From: Tubiluchus corallicola
Lineage: Eukaryota > Animalia > Priapulida
DNA: 64,000 bases
Direction: 5' to 3'
NCBI GenBank assembly: GCA_030141605.1
Contig: JAQGDQ010000156.1
Coordinates: 372,001-436,000, forward strand
In this document: in pieces, positions 25,001 to 40,000 of the stretch
Layout of the letters: every line of letters begins with the position of its first letter
How positions within the stretch are numbered: position 1 is the first letter of the stretch
The notes under the pieces: model-generated
The model's database searches: none
Seen by the model: the letters and a program-made list of their open reading frames with translations, nothing else
Told to the model about the DNA's origin: nothing
Made by a program: the position numbers and the translations under genes

Positions 25001-28000
25001 TGTTACTCATTTACCGTACATCACAGTAAAAAAGATGCCAAAGTATGCTTCCCTTGCAACTTGCTTCATGTGCTTAGACATTACTAATGTATTTTACTTC
25101 TTTCATAAACCTACTTCAAGCTTTGAATTGAGCAGTCTTCTGCGTTTCATTACTTTTTACCTCCACCTTTACTTTTTACCTTCACATTTACTTTTTACCT
25201 TCACATTTACTTTTTACCTTCACCTTTTTTAAGTTGACGATTAATTCGCTCTTTAGCTGTAGTGTCAAGCAAGTTCTAAAGTCATTAACTGCATCAAATT
25301 AATTACCATGTACGTTAAATTATGCATGTACTGTACAGGTGCAACACTCTTCAGATGTTGTGCGTCGATTTTATTATCATGAATGTCACCAGCGATGTGT
25401 CAATAATTCATTAATCACCTGCTTATTTGCTGGGGCATTAAAAAAAGAACTACGTGCTTGCCAGTGTTTAGTTTACTGTAATGAGTCAGTTGTGCGTTTT
25501 CCCCAGAGTCACTGGGGTTAAAGGAAGAACCAACCCTCGAATAACGTTTATTACATTTTAATGTACAACGAAAAATATTGAAATCACAATACAAAATATG
25601 CACATAGAATGCTTTGCTTAAAATGTACAAGAAATTTAAATATTTCTTATCTCCCGCCAAACGAACGTTGTAACCAGCATATTTCAAAAGAAAAATGACG
25701 TAAGCTGGTGTATGCTGGGCAGTGAAGGTACGCGTTGCAAAATTTCTACCGTTTGGTTAGAAGTTCCGTTATTCTCATGTTGTGTTTAACCGTGTTTTTC
25801 TAGAAATTAGTCATTCGATCAATTATGATCAAACTTAAAGGGGTTACATTACTTTAATCTACGGGATTACACCTTAAAATGTGTAAGTAATTAACATTAA
25901 TTGTGTAAATAACTAATTTAGAGGTTTTTGTTGACTTTTAGATGTGCATGTAAACTTGCCAGCACGTAGTAGGCGCCGGGCTGGTTACTTAGTTTATAGA
26001 GTCCAATCTATAAGCTAAAAAAGATTCTGAAGCACCTGGCGGGATAAGTGTTTATATTGCACAGAAACTGGATGACGCCATTTTTCGTCTAAAATGAGCG
26101 CGCCCAAGCGTAAAGTAATAACGACTTTGAATTGATTTTACTAATTGCACGAGATGCTTATCACAATTTTACTGCTGAAATTTTCTAACATTTTTTTCCA
26201 ATTATTAAAATAAGCTCAACTTCCCAAGAGACTTGGCTTTTGCTTTAACGCTAATGCAGTGATTGGTCAATACACAATTACCACGTCAAAATCACATGTG
26301 AGAAGTAAAACTAGCGTGCAGTCCAGTCTGTCAGGCATCATTTCTTCAGTTCGCAAGCCCATCAGCCTGCAGATATGCGTATTAAAGTCGTACTTATAGG
26401 TTTCTTAATTTGCTTAGTAGTTTTTCGAGAATTAATGCCCTATCAACCAGTAAAGTGAGCAAACTGCCACTTCTGTTTTTGCTGTGTAGCGTTACAGCTG
26501 ATCTGCTTGTAAATCATCGTGACGTCATTGAAGAATTAACAAACAGAAGCGCAGCTGCAGCTGTTACATTTGAAACTCAAATGTCTCTTATGCAAACGTT
26601 AAGCATATATAAAGAATTAGTTTTCAGTGCTTCAGATTGAATCCCCCTAAGCACCCTTGAACTAATTAGCTTCTATTGCGTTTTTTTTTTCATTGTGCAG
26701 GAGCAAGTGACCAGTGCCCTGTCACAGCCAAGGTCAACTTATGCGGCTGCAAGTTTCATTCACCAACTACGCGCAGATGGTTTCTACTAATCCCCAAAAA
26801 TCTCCAACCCACGTGGAAGCCACACTATGCTACAAACTGACAACACTCATCCAGTCATCCCAGTTAGTGCTACATGCCTCCAGGCCAGCAAGATGGTTAA
26901 ATGATGCCTGAGACTTGCGATTGCACGCTGCTTTTATTTCTCACACGCGGTTTTGATGCGGTAATTGTGTGTTGACGTATCACCGCATTAACTTAACCCC
27001 GCTGGCTCTGTTTACTATGTTGATGAGGATTAAAACTAGCGTCTGATGACGTCATGCGCATTTTTGCAAAGGCGTTGATGTTTGGTGTGCATATCAGGTT
27101 TCTTACAGTGCTTTTCTGTACGATGTAAGCGTGCTTTTACAGCGCGTTGTTGGCAGCAACGTAGTAATGGAGTTGTGCTGCAAAAAGCGATAGAAATTTA
27201 GATGTGAAAACTAACCAGTTCATCGGAAGTTTGTGTGAATAAACTCAGTAAAGACTATCTGTGCAGTCATTTAGGTTCTGCGCGTATGAATCCAACAAGG
27301 ACAAAGATTTTCTTTTCGCTTATTTGGAAAAGCACTATTGCGTGGTAAAAGGAACCCATTTTCTCGCTGTGTCAATACTCTTATTTTTCCCAGAATTCAG
27401 TCAGCTGATTTAATGATTTGGTTTTCTGGCCATTAACTGAAGACCGCCTCTACGCTGTCTCGGGTAAAATGATTGTCTTAAGCGACATTTCAGCTTCTAT
27501 TCAATTTCTGGTCACGTTTCGATTATGTCTGATTTTTTTCTTTCTCACTCATCCTCCTACTACATGCAGCAAAAAGACATTGGATTTCGCTTTGCCACTG
27601 TGTATATGCTATTACCATAGCAACTATCAATATTTATTAGGGTGATGGCTGCTGTGCTGACTGTTGATATGCATAAGCTGATTTTGCGCTTGCTTAACAC
27701 GAAGCCCCAGCGTCCTGCTGGCTTATTGTAGCCCTAGTAACCTGTATGGTACATTTGCGTTTAAACGTGGGAGTTAATGGCTGCTGCGATTAACTGTAAT
27801 GTAGTAATTGAATTGAGTTAGGCATATGTGACGTTTTTCCAAGCCTATCTGACAATCATTTAAGCTTTTTATTTGGCTCATTGATTTGCTGTTAATCAGT
27901 TGAGACAGGTTGTTTTGATAGTGAAGCCTCAGTACTAGTTAAGTAACTATGTTTTTTTATGCTTCTGTCCCTTCTCACATTATCTCTTTTACCACTAAGA

Positions 28001-31000
28001 ATTTCGCCATTTTGCCAAATCAGGAAAGTCGTTCTACTGCTTCATAGGCAGTAGGGAAAACGATTTTATTGGTTTGGATTTTCAAGGCGGATTAAGTGCT
28101 GCAGACTAATCGGATTAAACAATTAATTGGGTATCTTGGTTATCTTATCCTGAGATTAGCTGATAACGCATAGCGTTAATCGTTCACCGCTCTCAAAGCT
28201 GTTTTTGGCTTGGCTTCGATACATTCGATTAACTTGGCTTCTTTCCATGGCCTTGACATTATACAGACTTGCTGGTTCATCGCTGTTGACTCACACTTCT
28301 TAAAATTCTTGCGCGAAAAGAAACTACCGCTGAACAATCTTGTTACGCCCTAGTGTCTCGCCATAGTTCGATCCGCTAGATAGAAAAATGGAAAACGTTG
28401 GCATTTGATAATTTCCTGTCTATGGGGGTTAGCAGTATCTTTACCAGGGGCGTATCAAGACTTTACCCCACCCAAGGCTGATAATTTTGTCCCGCCCATC
28501 CTTATTGTGAATTTATGGATGTTTATGTAATGAGAAGATCAAGTAATTACTTGTGATGTGTTAGAAACGCTATTAACCTAGTTTCTACGTGGTCATTATT
28601 AATTACATGTATTTGCATAGTGCCTATATTCAAGTAAGCTGCGCAACTGCTTTGTGCGTAATACCTTGCACCTGTTTGTTATGTAGCACTTGTATAAAAG
28701 CCTGCGCTCAGTAGCTGCCTGTGGTGTGTTATAAAATGCGCTTTTTACATGAATGTGAAAGTATACATATTTTCGGAGGAGAATAGACTAGCTATAGCCT
28801 AGTTAGCCTATTGGTTAATACGTCCCTAATCTTTATCAGTACCTAGTGTCTCCTTGTCCCTGTCCTGCTGTGGAATTTCTTCAGGTTTCCATTAATGCTG
28901 TCCATGCTGTAATGTTATCCATAACATATATGAATGTTTTTTTTATAATTTTTAAATGTTTGTCTTTTTCCTGCATGGATGTTTTATTGAAAATTATAGT
29001 CAGCCTTCGGTTTTTTTTCACTAACTGGTTTGTATATGTTTATCTTTCATGATTTTGATAGCGAGAAATGACTATGAATTTACATGAATTTTTCTCTATA
29101 TTAATACGGCACTACAGTAAAACGTTGTGGTATTTATGTAGAGAAATATTTTGGACACAGTGGTTTACTTTACTGTAGAGTCATGTTTAGCTTTTCTATC
29201 TAATGACTGACATACGTGACCTTGATAATCTCTGTTTTGTAGGAATTTTCCTTGCATAACTTGGCTTCTTTTTTCTTCTATGTTGTTTATGTTCTTTTTC
29301 ATCTTCTCTTACTTGTTTTTGTTTCGTGTTTCTTATTCTTCTGGCAATTCTGCGTGGAGTTAAGCCCACTTGCTACCGCATAAACCAATTTTATGCCGAG
29401 AATCCCAAAGTTAATCTGGTTTCTAAGGACGAGCCGCTTGTCATGAAATGAGTTTTCAATGGCTTCTGTGTTCTAAGCCAACGCAATTATCTTTGATAAT
29501 AGCTTCAGGGGGTTGGCTTCCTACGAGAACCCTGATTGATTGAATTTCATTTAATGTGCTTCGGGAACAGTCTGATGGACTTTCTAACCACCTGCAGATT
29601 GATATCCGGCTACGGTGAATGGCAGTGAATTCGTTCATCGGATGTTCTACTCAGCCTTCGTTTAACTCGTATTGTTTGACCATAAACAAAGTGAATCTAA
29701 TACATTTCCACATAGGAGCCCAATATTTTCGCTTTCTCCGTCGCTCTTTGCACGTGGCGCAGTAATGAAATGATGAGAAAATCTGAGGATTTTTCTGCTC
29801 TAAGTAAATTAGCATTAGTCTGAATCCGGTGTTTTAATAGGGTTTCGACGAAAATCTGCTTTTGTGAGCAATGACAATTTTCAGCGCTCGATATTTCAGT
29901 GTGGACAGACTGTACAATGTACATTGATTCTGTCTAATGAGTCTTCAATGCCAAATATATCACTGTAAATAGTATTGTTACGGCCCGAGTATTGTAGTTT
30001 GGTCTTGCTCGTATAGTGTTAACAGAGTCAGTAGAACTAGAGGCAGTTAATAATTGAAGGAACGCAGGATGATTTTTCATGTACTACCCCATTTTCAAGT
30101 CCGATAAAAAGTATACATTTTAACACAATTAATACTGCAAAAGCTTTTCCGATAATTAAATAATAGATTAAAATCTTAATTAATGGCGGGCAAGCGCAAC
30201 TATTGATGACATCACAAGCTAGCGTAATTTTCAATAGCAAAAATATTCCACAAGCGTGTTGCACATGCTTGCGAACGCGAAAATTGAAGTATTTCAAATT
30301 TAACGCTATGCTCACGCATGAGCTGTTGTCACAAACTGACACATCTGAACTGAGAGGTACAGCACCTCAATTTGTGCAATTCCTTTCCGAAATGCAGGCG
30401 CTAGTGCCCGTCTAACCAGCGAATGGTGAAATGCATGTAACAGCGAAGAACTAGTGGCGTGAACGAAATTGTGTTTGTGTGGTAATAATTCTTTCGCGCA
30501 AGTCATTTTTGAAAAAAATAGTATGTTTCCTTTCAATATTTTAAAGAGCAGATTGTTTTGACCTGCAGTTTAACACTGGGTCCAGTTTTGCTTTAACAAA
30601 AGTAGCAACGACAGGCATCAAAAGAACGGTTTCCTTGTTACAAACATTTAGGCTGCAGTATTCCAAAACTAAAGAAGTCCAGAGATATTCCTAGTCCAAA
30701 ATGAAGTACAATAATTATGAGTTACGTTTCCTGTATGCCAAATTACGTAGGCAGCTCAGATGTCTCTACTAGCCCCGTTTTTTTGACTCAGTGTCCCGTT
30801 TTTTGCCTCACCTCCTCTTTTTTGTAACAACTACAGTGCTTCACTAAATCAAAGAATTGAACACAAAACTGAAATTTACAAGATTGTAAAAAAATTCTGT
30901 AGCCCGATAGCAATAGACTTATGTACATTGACAACTGAATATTAACTGAATACTGTAAATAGCTTGAAACCATGTCTAACAAATTTTTTATTAGCTGTTA

Positions 31001-34000
31001 AAATTGCAGCCAAGAGTTTTGCAATTAAGCCTTCATTTGTGAGCATTCTGGTATGCAGGAAATGTATATAAAGCGAGTATGCTGGTATTCCGGAATACGT
31101 ATATAAAGATTTTGCAATAAGCCATTTGTGAGCATTCTGGTATGCAGGAAATGTATATAAAGATTTTTGCAATTAAGCCTTCATTTATGAGCATTCTGGT
31201 ATGCAGGAAATGTATATAAAGATTTTTGCAATTAAACCTTCATTTGTGAGCATTCTGGTATGCAGTATATGTATATAAAGATTTTTGCAAATAATCCTTT
31301 ATTTGTGAGCATTCTGGTATGCAGGAAATGTATACAGATTTTTGCAATAAACCCTTCATTTGTGAGCATTCTGGCATGCAGAGATTTTTGCAATTAAGCC
31401 TTCATTTGTGAGCATTCTGGTATCCAGAAAATGTATATAAAGATTTTTGCAATTAAGCCTTCATTTATGAGCATTCTGGTATGCAGGAAATGTATATAAA
31501 GATTTTTGCAATTAAACCTTTATTTGTGAGCATTCTAGTATGCAGGAAATGTATAAAGATTTTTGCAATAAACCCTTCATTTGTGAGCATTCTGGCATGC
31601 AGTATATGTATATAAAGATTTTTGCAATAAACCCTTTATTTGTGAGCATTCTGGTATGCAGAAAATGTATACATAAATATTGCATAGGAAATTCAACACT
31701 GTTGCCTATTCTACCAATAGAACAACTCACTGTTGTCTAATAAACTAACAGCGTAAAATTTATAATCTCATGCCGTGTGATTTACGATCGTTTACATAAT
31801 AACTATTCTGCGTAGCTGTTATTGTAGCATTCAAGGTGAATAATGTACCTGGCGCAGGTGTAATGCCTGTGCTAATGAAGATTTATTTTTGTTTCTCATA
31901 TTTATGTCTGTACGAAATGATTTTGAAAACCCGCTGTGACCAGCTATAATTCTGCACAGTAATATATGCCACATACACCTGCCTGGCGACTACTGTTCAT
32001 TCATCGTAAATGTTTTTACTCTTTGTAGCGCCAATTGCGTTTACGTGCATGGTTGCTTTACAGCAAATTGTGCAATTTTGTTATTTATTTTTGTTCGTTT
32101 CTTGCTCTGCGTTTGCTTTATCTGAGTTACTAAATTGATATTTATTTCGCAAAAATAAAGCTTAGAAAAGACGATATTTTGCAGAGCTAACTTCACGAAG
32201 TTCAGCATTACAGTACGTCGGACCGCACCTTTGGTTTTATCGTACTTTTAAACTATAGGAAACGAAGTATTTTTGTTACAGCATTTTATGTGCAATAAAA
32301 TAAGGTAAAGAATTCTGAAACCACAATTTGTTTATTGAGCGTAGACGATCGTTTCGATTGTAACAGTCATTGTCAATACTAAATCAAGCCAATAAACGAA
32401 TAATTAGTATATCTTGTTTACTAAAATACTAAAGCACAAAATGTCATTACAAATCAAAATAGTTGAATTTATATTGTCAAACACGACGTGAATATAACTA
32501 GATATGACTAAAATATGTTTAATTCTGAAAGTATTCTTAGTTTTTTACGTATCATTAAGAATCTGTAGTGACAGTACCTAACTACGTAAATTTACATTCG
32601 CCTATACTGTGTATAACCAATATCACTGTTATACTTGAAGTGTTCTCTAATTTTGTCAAGTTTGTAATGTTAATAGACACACATTCGTGTGGTCATCCAA
32701 CCGCTTGGTTTGGTTTCTCTTTGGTTTAAGCGATTCTTCATTGTCTAATGAGATTACTATTTGGGATAAAAGATGTTGTATTTCGACGAACTTTACAACA
32801 GTCTTTTGTTAATTTCGTACTTGGAGCCGTTTGATAGTATTTAGTTTTCTTCGTAAACAAGCTACTACAGCCAAGTATCATTTTGAAGAACTATTTTTGA
32901 AAGTGAAGCAAGGTAGGCGCTCTCTGGATTCATGTTTTAAGATTCCCTGCTGGAATATTCATCGCTTAACTCTCTCTCTCCATGCGTTTTTTCTCTTTTG
33001 TGCACAAATTCCCATTTTCTTCTACACTATTTATTCCACAGCTGAAAGCTTGGTTAGCTACGCCCGTGTTGGAAAATTCAGCTTAAGCCAAATAAAATTG
33101 CGTTTCGCTGCAATTTGGCGAGAGCGTGTTGAATTTTGAAAAGGCTGTAATTTGAATTTACGCAAACAGTTTTGTTGCTGTGGTGCAGCGTGTTCAAACG
33201 CACGAGCAACCTACAGTTTATGTGTGTTCACGTATATTACTCAGATGCAATTTATCCAACTCAAGCTACATGAATGTGCACATTAAAGCAAAACATCCAC
33301 ACATCACCACTTACCAGTATGGTTTTGTAATCACATGAAAAACGTATTTTATTCGCTGCAGCTTAATATGTAAAGATTTAAAATTGCATTATAAATACGT
33401 GGCAGTTTTAACTTTCAAAGCTTTACACTGCTCAGGCCTTTCATTGTTGCTCTAATGCGACTGTGCATTTAGCAAAGGCTGATTTTAATTTAGCTTTGGA
33501 CAGAATTCATCGCTCGCTCTTGATTTATCTGGAATTCTAAGGGGGTAAAATCTACAAAACAGAAGAAGGGAAAGTAAAACAGAACTGAACAACACAAATA
33601 GCAAATAAAGGAATCAATTCTGAAATGAACAAAACAGTAGCAAAATGAAGCCAAATAAAGCAGTCGAGTAACAGAAGAAAAGGCATTAAAACAGAACTAA
33701 ACAGCACAAATGGTAAATAAAGGAGTCAAATCTGAAGTGCACAAAACAGTACCTAAAAGTAGCAGTCAACGAAACAGAAGAAACTGAATTAAAACAGAAC
33801 TGAACAGCAAAAATAGCAAATACAGGAATCAAAATGTGAAGTGGACAAGCAGTACCTAAATGAAACAGTCAACGAAACAGAAGAAACGGAATTAAAACAG
33901 AACTAAGCAGCACAGATAGTAAATAAAGGAGTCAAATCGGAAGTGAACACGACAGTACTGAAATGAAGCACTCGTCAGAACTGAAGAAAGGATTTACAAC

Positions 34001-37000
34001 AACCAAACAACACAAACACCAAAGGAATCAAGCTTAAAATGAAGAAGACAATAACTAAATTCACTATAAACTCAGTAAATCCGTTGCAGTGTTGTATGAA
34101 CAAGATCGTCTTGGGTCAGACATTTCCATTTGAGAGAAATGTGATGTGTCAGTTTAATTACTGGCTTTTGTCCAGTCCGCTTGTTAAACAAACACCTATC
34201 AAGTGCAAATTATGTACATTAAACTACTTATATGAACGTTGCCAGGCGGATAAGAAAGTATGTTTTATAAATTTGTGGACTACTGGATAGCATAGATGAA
34301 AGATTTGCTGTTCAATAAATGTTCCAATGACAAAAGGCGATTCTCTTTACATAGTATTATGTATAGTTTTTGTGTGTATAAGGGTTACTTGTAAAATTTA
34401 TGAATGTCACAGCTTTGAAGCACAGGTTAAAACATTTAAACCACAATGAGCTATTAACTATAAGGACACGTGGAAACATAAATCACAGTGAACAGCTAGC
34501 TAGCCAATGAAGTCGTAGTCTAAGCAGGAATTTAAGCCGCCTCTCTATCTGAGACTCACATAGACACTGAAGCAGCAATTTAAGCCGTTTCTGTATCTGA
34601 GACGATACACAGGGGCATCAACATAGACACAGACAAATTATTTTTCTTCTCTCAAGCATAATGCAACAAATAAACAATTACAAATGGGAGTACATCATGT
34701 TAGTGATGGACATTAAAGAATAAGCTTTTTAGGCTTTAAATTCATCTTTAAATCTTTGGCTGTAATATTGGCTTGTAGCTACTTGTTTTTGCCGTGGTAC
34801 TTCTAAGCATTAGTGCAAATTGAATTGAATTAAATTGAACTCGGGTCTTTATTGTTGAACGTTCTTTCTTGTCCTTGAATACGAATTCATTTCTTGCTTA
34901 CCATTCTGTGCTGAAACGTGTTTGCCTTCTATTCTGGAGCTTGTTCACTTAGTGACGTGTTTATTCAATTCTGGAGGGTGTTTTGTTGCATTATTATTTC
35001 GGCTTTAACCACTTGAAATTCTGTTGTATTGAGCACTACAGAGCTGCCTGCCCTTCAGTTGTTAGCTCCTGCAAAGTTCCTACTTTCTTGCACTTTCCCA
35101 CAGTTGGAGCAATTTGTTGGTAATGTTTGCCATAAATTTTATTCTGTTCGCTTATTGGAGGCAGTCAGTGACATATGGCTTAATATTCAGCAATTGCTGT
35201 GGCACTTGCGGGTGACCGTAGCTGCTATTCGGAACTGCAGTGGCACTTGTGAGTGGTCGTAGTTGCGCCGTTTCAGATTTATAGGAGATACGCTGGAGCA
35301 TACCCCGGGGAGTAATTGTATGAATTGGCTTCGCTTGTGCGTCTCTGCGATGATGAGTGTTGACTGTCGCAATGGCTTCATTGTCAGCTCTTATAGAACT
35401 TAGAAACGTCTCGTGTCAAACAGAGCTACAGGCGAGGTGTTGCCAGCCATTTCTACGTACAACTCGGCACTTTATTATGTAATACACGGACGATATATTT
35501 AGCTAAACAGGCTGTAGTTTGAACGTGCTGGAGATAACCAAGCGTTCCTTCTCGTACGTCCGGAAAATCCGACGCGTGCTGTAAGCGTCGGACCAGAACA
35601 AACTCCGGTATGGAACGTTGAATTCACGATGTGTAACGATGAGTATAAACGAAGTTCGTTTGGGATTGACTTTGAGTATACCATGTCCACGTTCTCCAAG
35701 ATCGGGACGAGCATCTCCTGTCAGATCTCCTATACGTAAGTATTCAGCTATGGTTGCTGTTACTAACTTCACTAAATAATATCTTTCTGTATATTGTCTA
35801 TTTTACGCTGTAATGTTTTCTAGGTGTAGAAACAGCAGCGCGCCGAAACAGCTACTCATACATCCAGTTTTTTCCCTTCGATTCAAAGGTCATAACGCGT
35901 GTACTTCATTTTTTACTCAAGCACTTAAAAACTTTTGACCCGAATTTTCTGATCACGTTATGTTTCGTTTTTGTTAATTATTATGTCTTATTATTATGTA
36001 CATATGTACAGTACAGTCCAGTGTGTACAGTATGTATGTATGCTTTAGAATACCCTGCCACTATTGCCGACTATCAGTCGAGACGCAGTTGTGGCTGATT
36101 GGTATGCTAGTATGATGATTGGTGGACGCATTATGCAATTACATACATTATACCACGTATTATTTTAATGTTCGTTAATAAAGAATTTATCCATTTGTGT
36201 ACCTATTAGTGGTACAATTTCTGTAAAAACGTTTACATAACTGAAATATGCTTTTCACGTGATTAACTGTATCGTGATTAACTATAACTCTGGAATTATA
36301 ATTATTTGATATAGTAACCTTGCGTGAATGACATATTTTACAAGAATAAAAAAATTTATATGAAATAAATCTACTCGCTAATTTGTGAAAATTATTAAAC
36401 ATTTTACAAAAAACCTTGGCCATTTTTTGTTAGAGTTAGCTTAAAATGTGGTTGATTTATCTATTATATAACTTTTTCAGTACTTTCTTTCTCGTTTTCC
36501 TGTGATATATGTGTTGATCATTATTTCTGTTTTAATTCTGTTCATGATAGATTGAACGTATAACTAACAGCCATTCCAATCTCGTTACCGTGCATCATTC
36601 GCCAAATTTCCATCCATCTAAGTCCATTACGCAGATGAAGTGTCTGTTACTGGGAAGCCTGCAGATCCTTCAACTAGCCTTACAGTGGATTAATCAAAAT
36701 CTTCACTGCCAACATTCATCATGCAATATGACAAGTAAATCCACCGTATACAAGCAATTGAGAATGTTGCATCGTGCCTTCCTTTCTCAGCTCGTCTCAC
36801 TATTACATGGCTGCAGAAATAATTTATTAGCTTTTACAACGTGTTGACTTGTAAATAACTTTTGGCACAAGTGTTTAGTGCTTACAGCTAGAACTATTTT
36901 CAAAACTTGTTTTGGTAAATAAAATGAGTGTGCAATGTGGCCACTGAGAAAATATTCATTGCAATTTTTCTTACTTTACAAGTGCATACCAACCTTCCCT

Positions 37001-40000
37001 GAGGATTATTTTATTGACAAGATATGTTAAAGTATTCCCTGTTGAACAATCCATATGAAAAATCGAAATTTATTTTCAATCAACATCTCGTTTGGTACAT
37101 TTAATCTTTAACTAATTCACTGTCTCTGCATCCTCCTTACTGGACTAGTGCAGTCAACACTATATATATTAAAAACATTGATACACAATTTTTTGTCAAA
37201 TGCACACCATTAAAACACATGTTTGAAAATCAAAAACTTTGCATTCCTTGCTAGACAGTAAGGTAATTTATTAAGACTACTTACTCATCAACTTTGCTTA
37301 TAATTAGTCCACACATTTGAAGTAGCAGCACTAAATCTTACTAGAGATCATAAACATGAGGCCTAAATTCTGTATTATGTGATTTATGTAGTTGCTGATA
37401 TACTTCTTATGTCATTAGTCCAATTTACATTAATTTCTCTTCACAACTTCACATTTATGCATCTAACATGATAATTGTCTGTCTTCATTAAACTGTAGAA
37501 GAGGTAGAAGACCTGCACTATATCAACAAAAAGAAATGCAGCTGCACATAACACTTTTAGTTTTAGTTTTTATTATTATCACATTCAGTACAATATAGTG
37601 TTATTCAATACATGGAGACATCAAAAATGTTACTTCATTTTGTAATAAATTATTATGTTTCATACACTATCATTATCATAATGGAGTAATTGTACTGCAG
37701 TGGGACCAGTAGAGCCACAGTAGTCTGCTGTGGTATTGCAGTAGTCAACTAAACTACAGCCTAATATTCCTTGTCATTGCTTTTTGCTTTGGGATTTTTT
37801 TCTTGTGTCAATATACCGTTCTTGGTCAATTTTTGTTAAAAAACGCATCACATTTCCTACCACTGTGGAAGTGGCGCCTCCTATATCTGCTGTCCTGGCT
37901 TCAGTCCAGCTGTTTTATTCGTTCTTTAATGCCGATTGAAAATCAGCTTTTACTGCGACACACTGAGCCATTCCATTACGAATGGTTGTAAAAGCCGTGC
38001 GAGTTTCGCTGCATTTTTCTGATGATGTAATATAAAGTCAATAGAACTCTGTCCCTCGTGATTCACCAAGAATCATACTCTGTGTTGGTTGGTCATTGTG
38101 CGGCTGCTGCCTTGTTATTTTGAATTCAGCCGAAGGAATGGTGGACATGTGATGTGCATTTCTATTTTTTGGTTTCGTGTTTTTCTACAGCAGCTATGTA
38201 GGTGTCAGCACTCAAGCATTGTTACTATCAACTACTTGTTGACTTTGGAATGTGGCGTATTCTTGAAACAGTAATATTCTAGAATGTGCAGTTGTGAAAC
38301 CTACACTAAGATCTATTCTGTGAAAGTCAACAACGTAAATTTGGAAAAGCCTTCAGCACAGACCTACAGGGTATTTTTGAAATTAGAAGAGTGTAGCTAT
38401 ACCTGAAGAACAGCTTGGCTGAAGAGTTACAGGCACATTTCCAAACAAGATATTTTGGAGATGAGGCAAATCTTCTGTCCATTGGATATGTTAACGAAAA
38501 CTATTTGGATCGCGTTTTTTTTTGAAGAAAACTTTAGCCTTAAAATGCCCTTTGTTGCTACGACTGTTCTGATGAATTTGTTCCATGGTCATCGTTCATT
38601 GGGATGGTGATCTGCTACGAAAAACAAAAACTGCTGATATTGGTCAGGTATCTGGTGTATCTGTGTAACAATTGTTGCCTGCTTGGTTTGGACTTTGGTT
38701 AATCTACATTTGTGACCAACCTGTATTTGTGACCTACAGGCTAAATACATATGGACTATGAGCTAAATCAGTGCATAACTTGACATTTGGCTCAGAAGGT
38801 TATATTTGTTCCCTCTGACATCTGTCATTGGTGGGTATGGCTGCATGTGAAGTGAAGTGAAGTGTTACATGTTCTTGCTGTTAATTTCTTTCATTTTACT
38901 GACATGGAACAAATCTATCGAATATGTGATCTGGTTCTGCCACCTACCTGTCGACGGCGGAAACTCTCCTGCCGAAGAAGACGTATGTTTTTATTTCATT
39001 CCTTGACACACCTTGTGTAGGTGCTAGTATGCTATTTCTGTATTTTGTATTTTGAAATTTTGGCATATATTGCTTTCTTTTAACTTTTATTCCATTAGAA
39101 ACATAAGTTGTGAGCTAAAGTACGTCACGCTGACCTAAGTGGAGTAGCATCAGATGTCACTTAAACTCTAAAGTTGTTTGGACACGGATCTCTTGGACAT
39201 TTGAAGTCCATCCTGAAGGCTTCACATGCATTTTTTTTTGTCCACAGCTACCTGTGTACCCTGTAAGTTCAACATGTTAATGCTGTTCCCACATATACCT
39301 ACCGCTTTTTACCATTTATGCTGCATTGGTTTAAGCGAAATGGGTTGATGGACTCTACTGCATTATCTACTAATTGGAAGCTTTCAATGCAGAGTACACC
39401 CATTAAGAACATTTGTCATGGCTACATTAACAATTCTCACTGGGAATGCTGTAAAGATCTTATTATTATTAGCTGACTGTTGCCGTCATGAATTTATATT
39501 GTTTTATTTTGACTAATCTAATGGTAAACAACATTTTAACAAAACAAAAAGTGTTCTCCACAACAACAATACATATGAACACGTGACTAGCAATACCATA
39601 AGTCCTCTGTGAGCTGAAGCTTACGATTGTCTTTAAAGATTGCATTATAATTTCATGTTTTAATGTCTGTGGGAGCAATTTCCCAGCAAAATGTTTTAGA
39701 GGAAATAAAACATTTATGATTCGTCACTGTAAACAATAATAAAAACGGTTGCTTGAGAGTATTTCTTGCTGGGTATCTTTGATTTGACATTTCTGACAAA
39801 TGAAATGGATGTGATATTTCCTATTTCACGCATCTGTGCTCATCTGTCCATGGCGATAGCTACAAATTTTTGATTGTATTGTGAAACCTTATTGGAAAGC
39901 TCGGTTTTGCGTTTGACAGTTTAATAATCTACTAAGATTGTTTTGTTGATTAGATTTCCTGTCAGACAGTCGTTGTTGGCGCATGCGCACTCTGCATTGT

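Noticed and set aside
32871-32912. Possible 42-nt phase 1-1 cassette exon
   Set aside because: The acceptor lacks an adjacent pyrimidine tract and there is no ATG; chance is likely.
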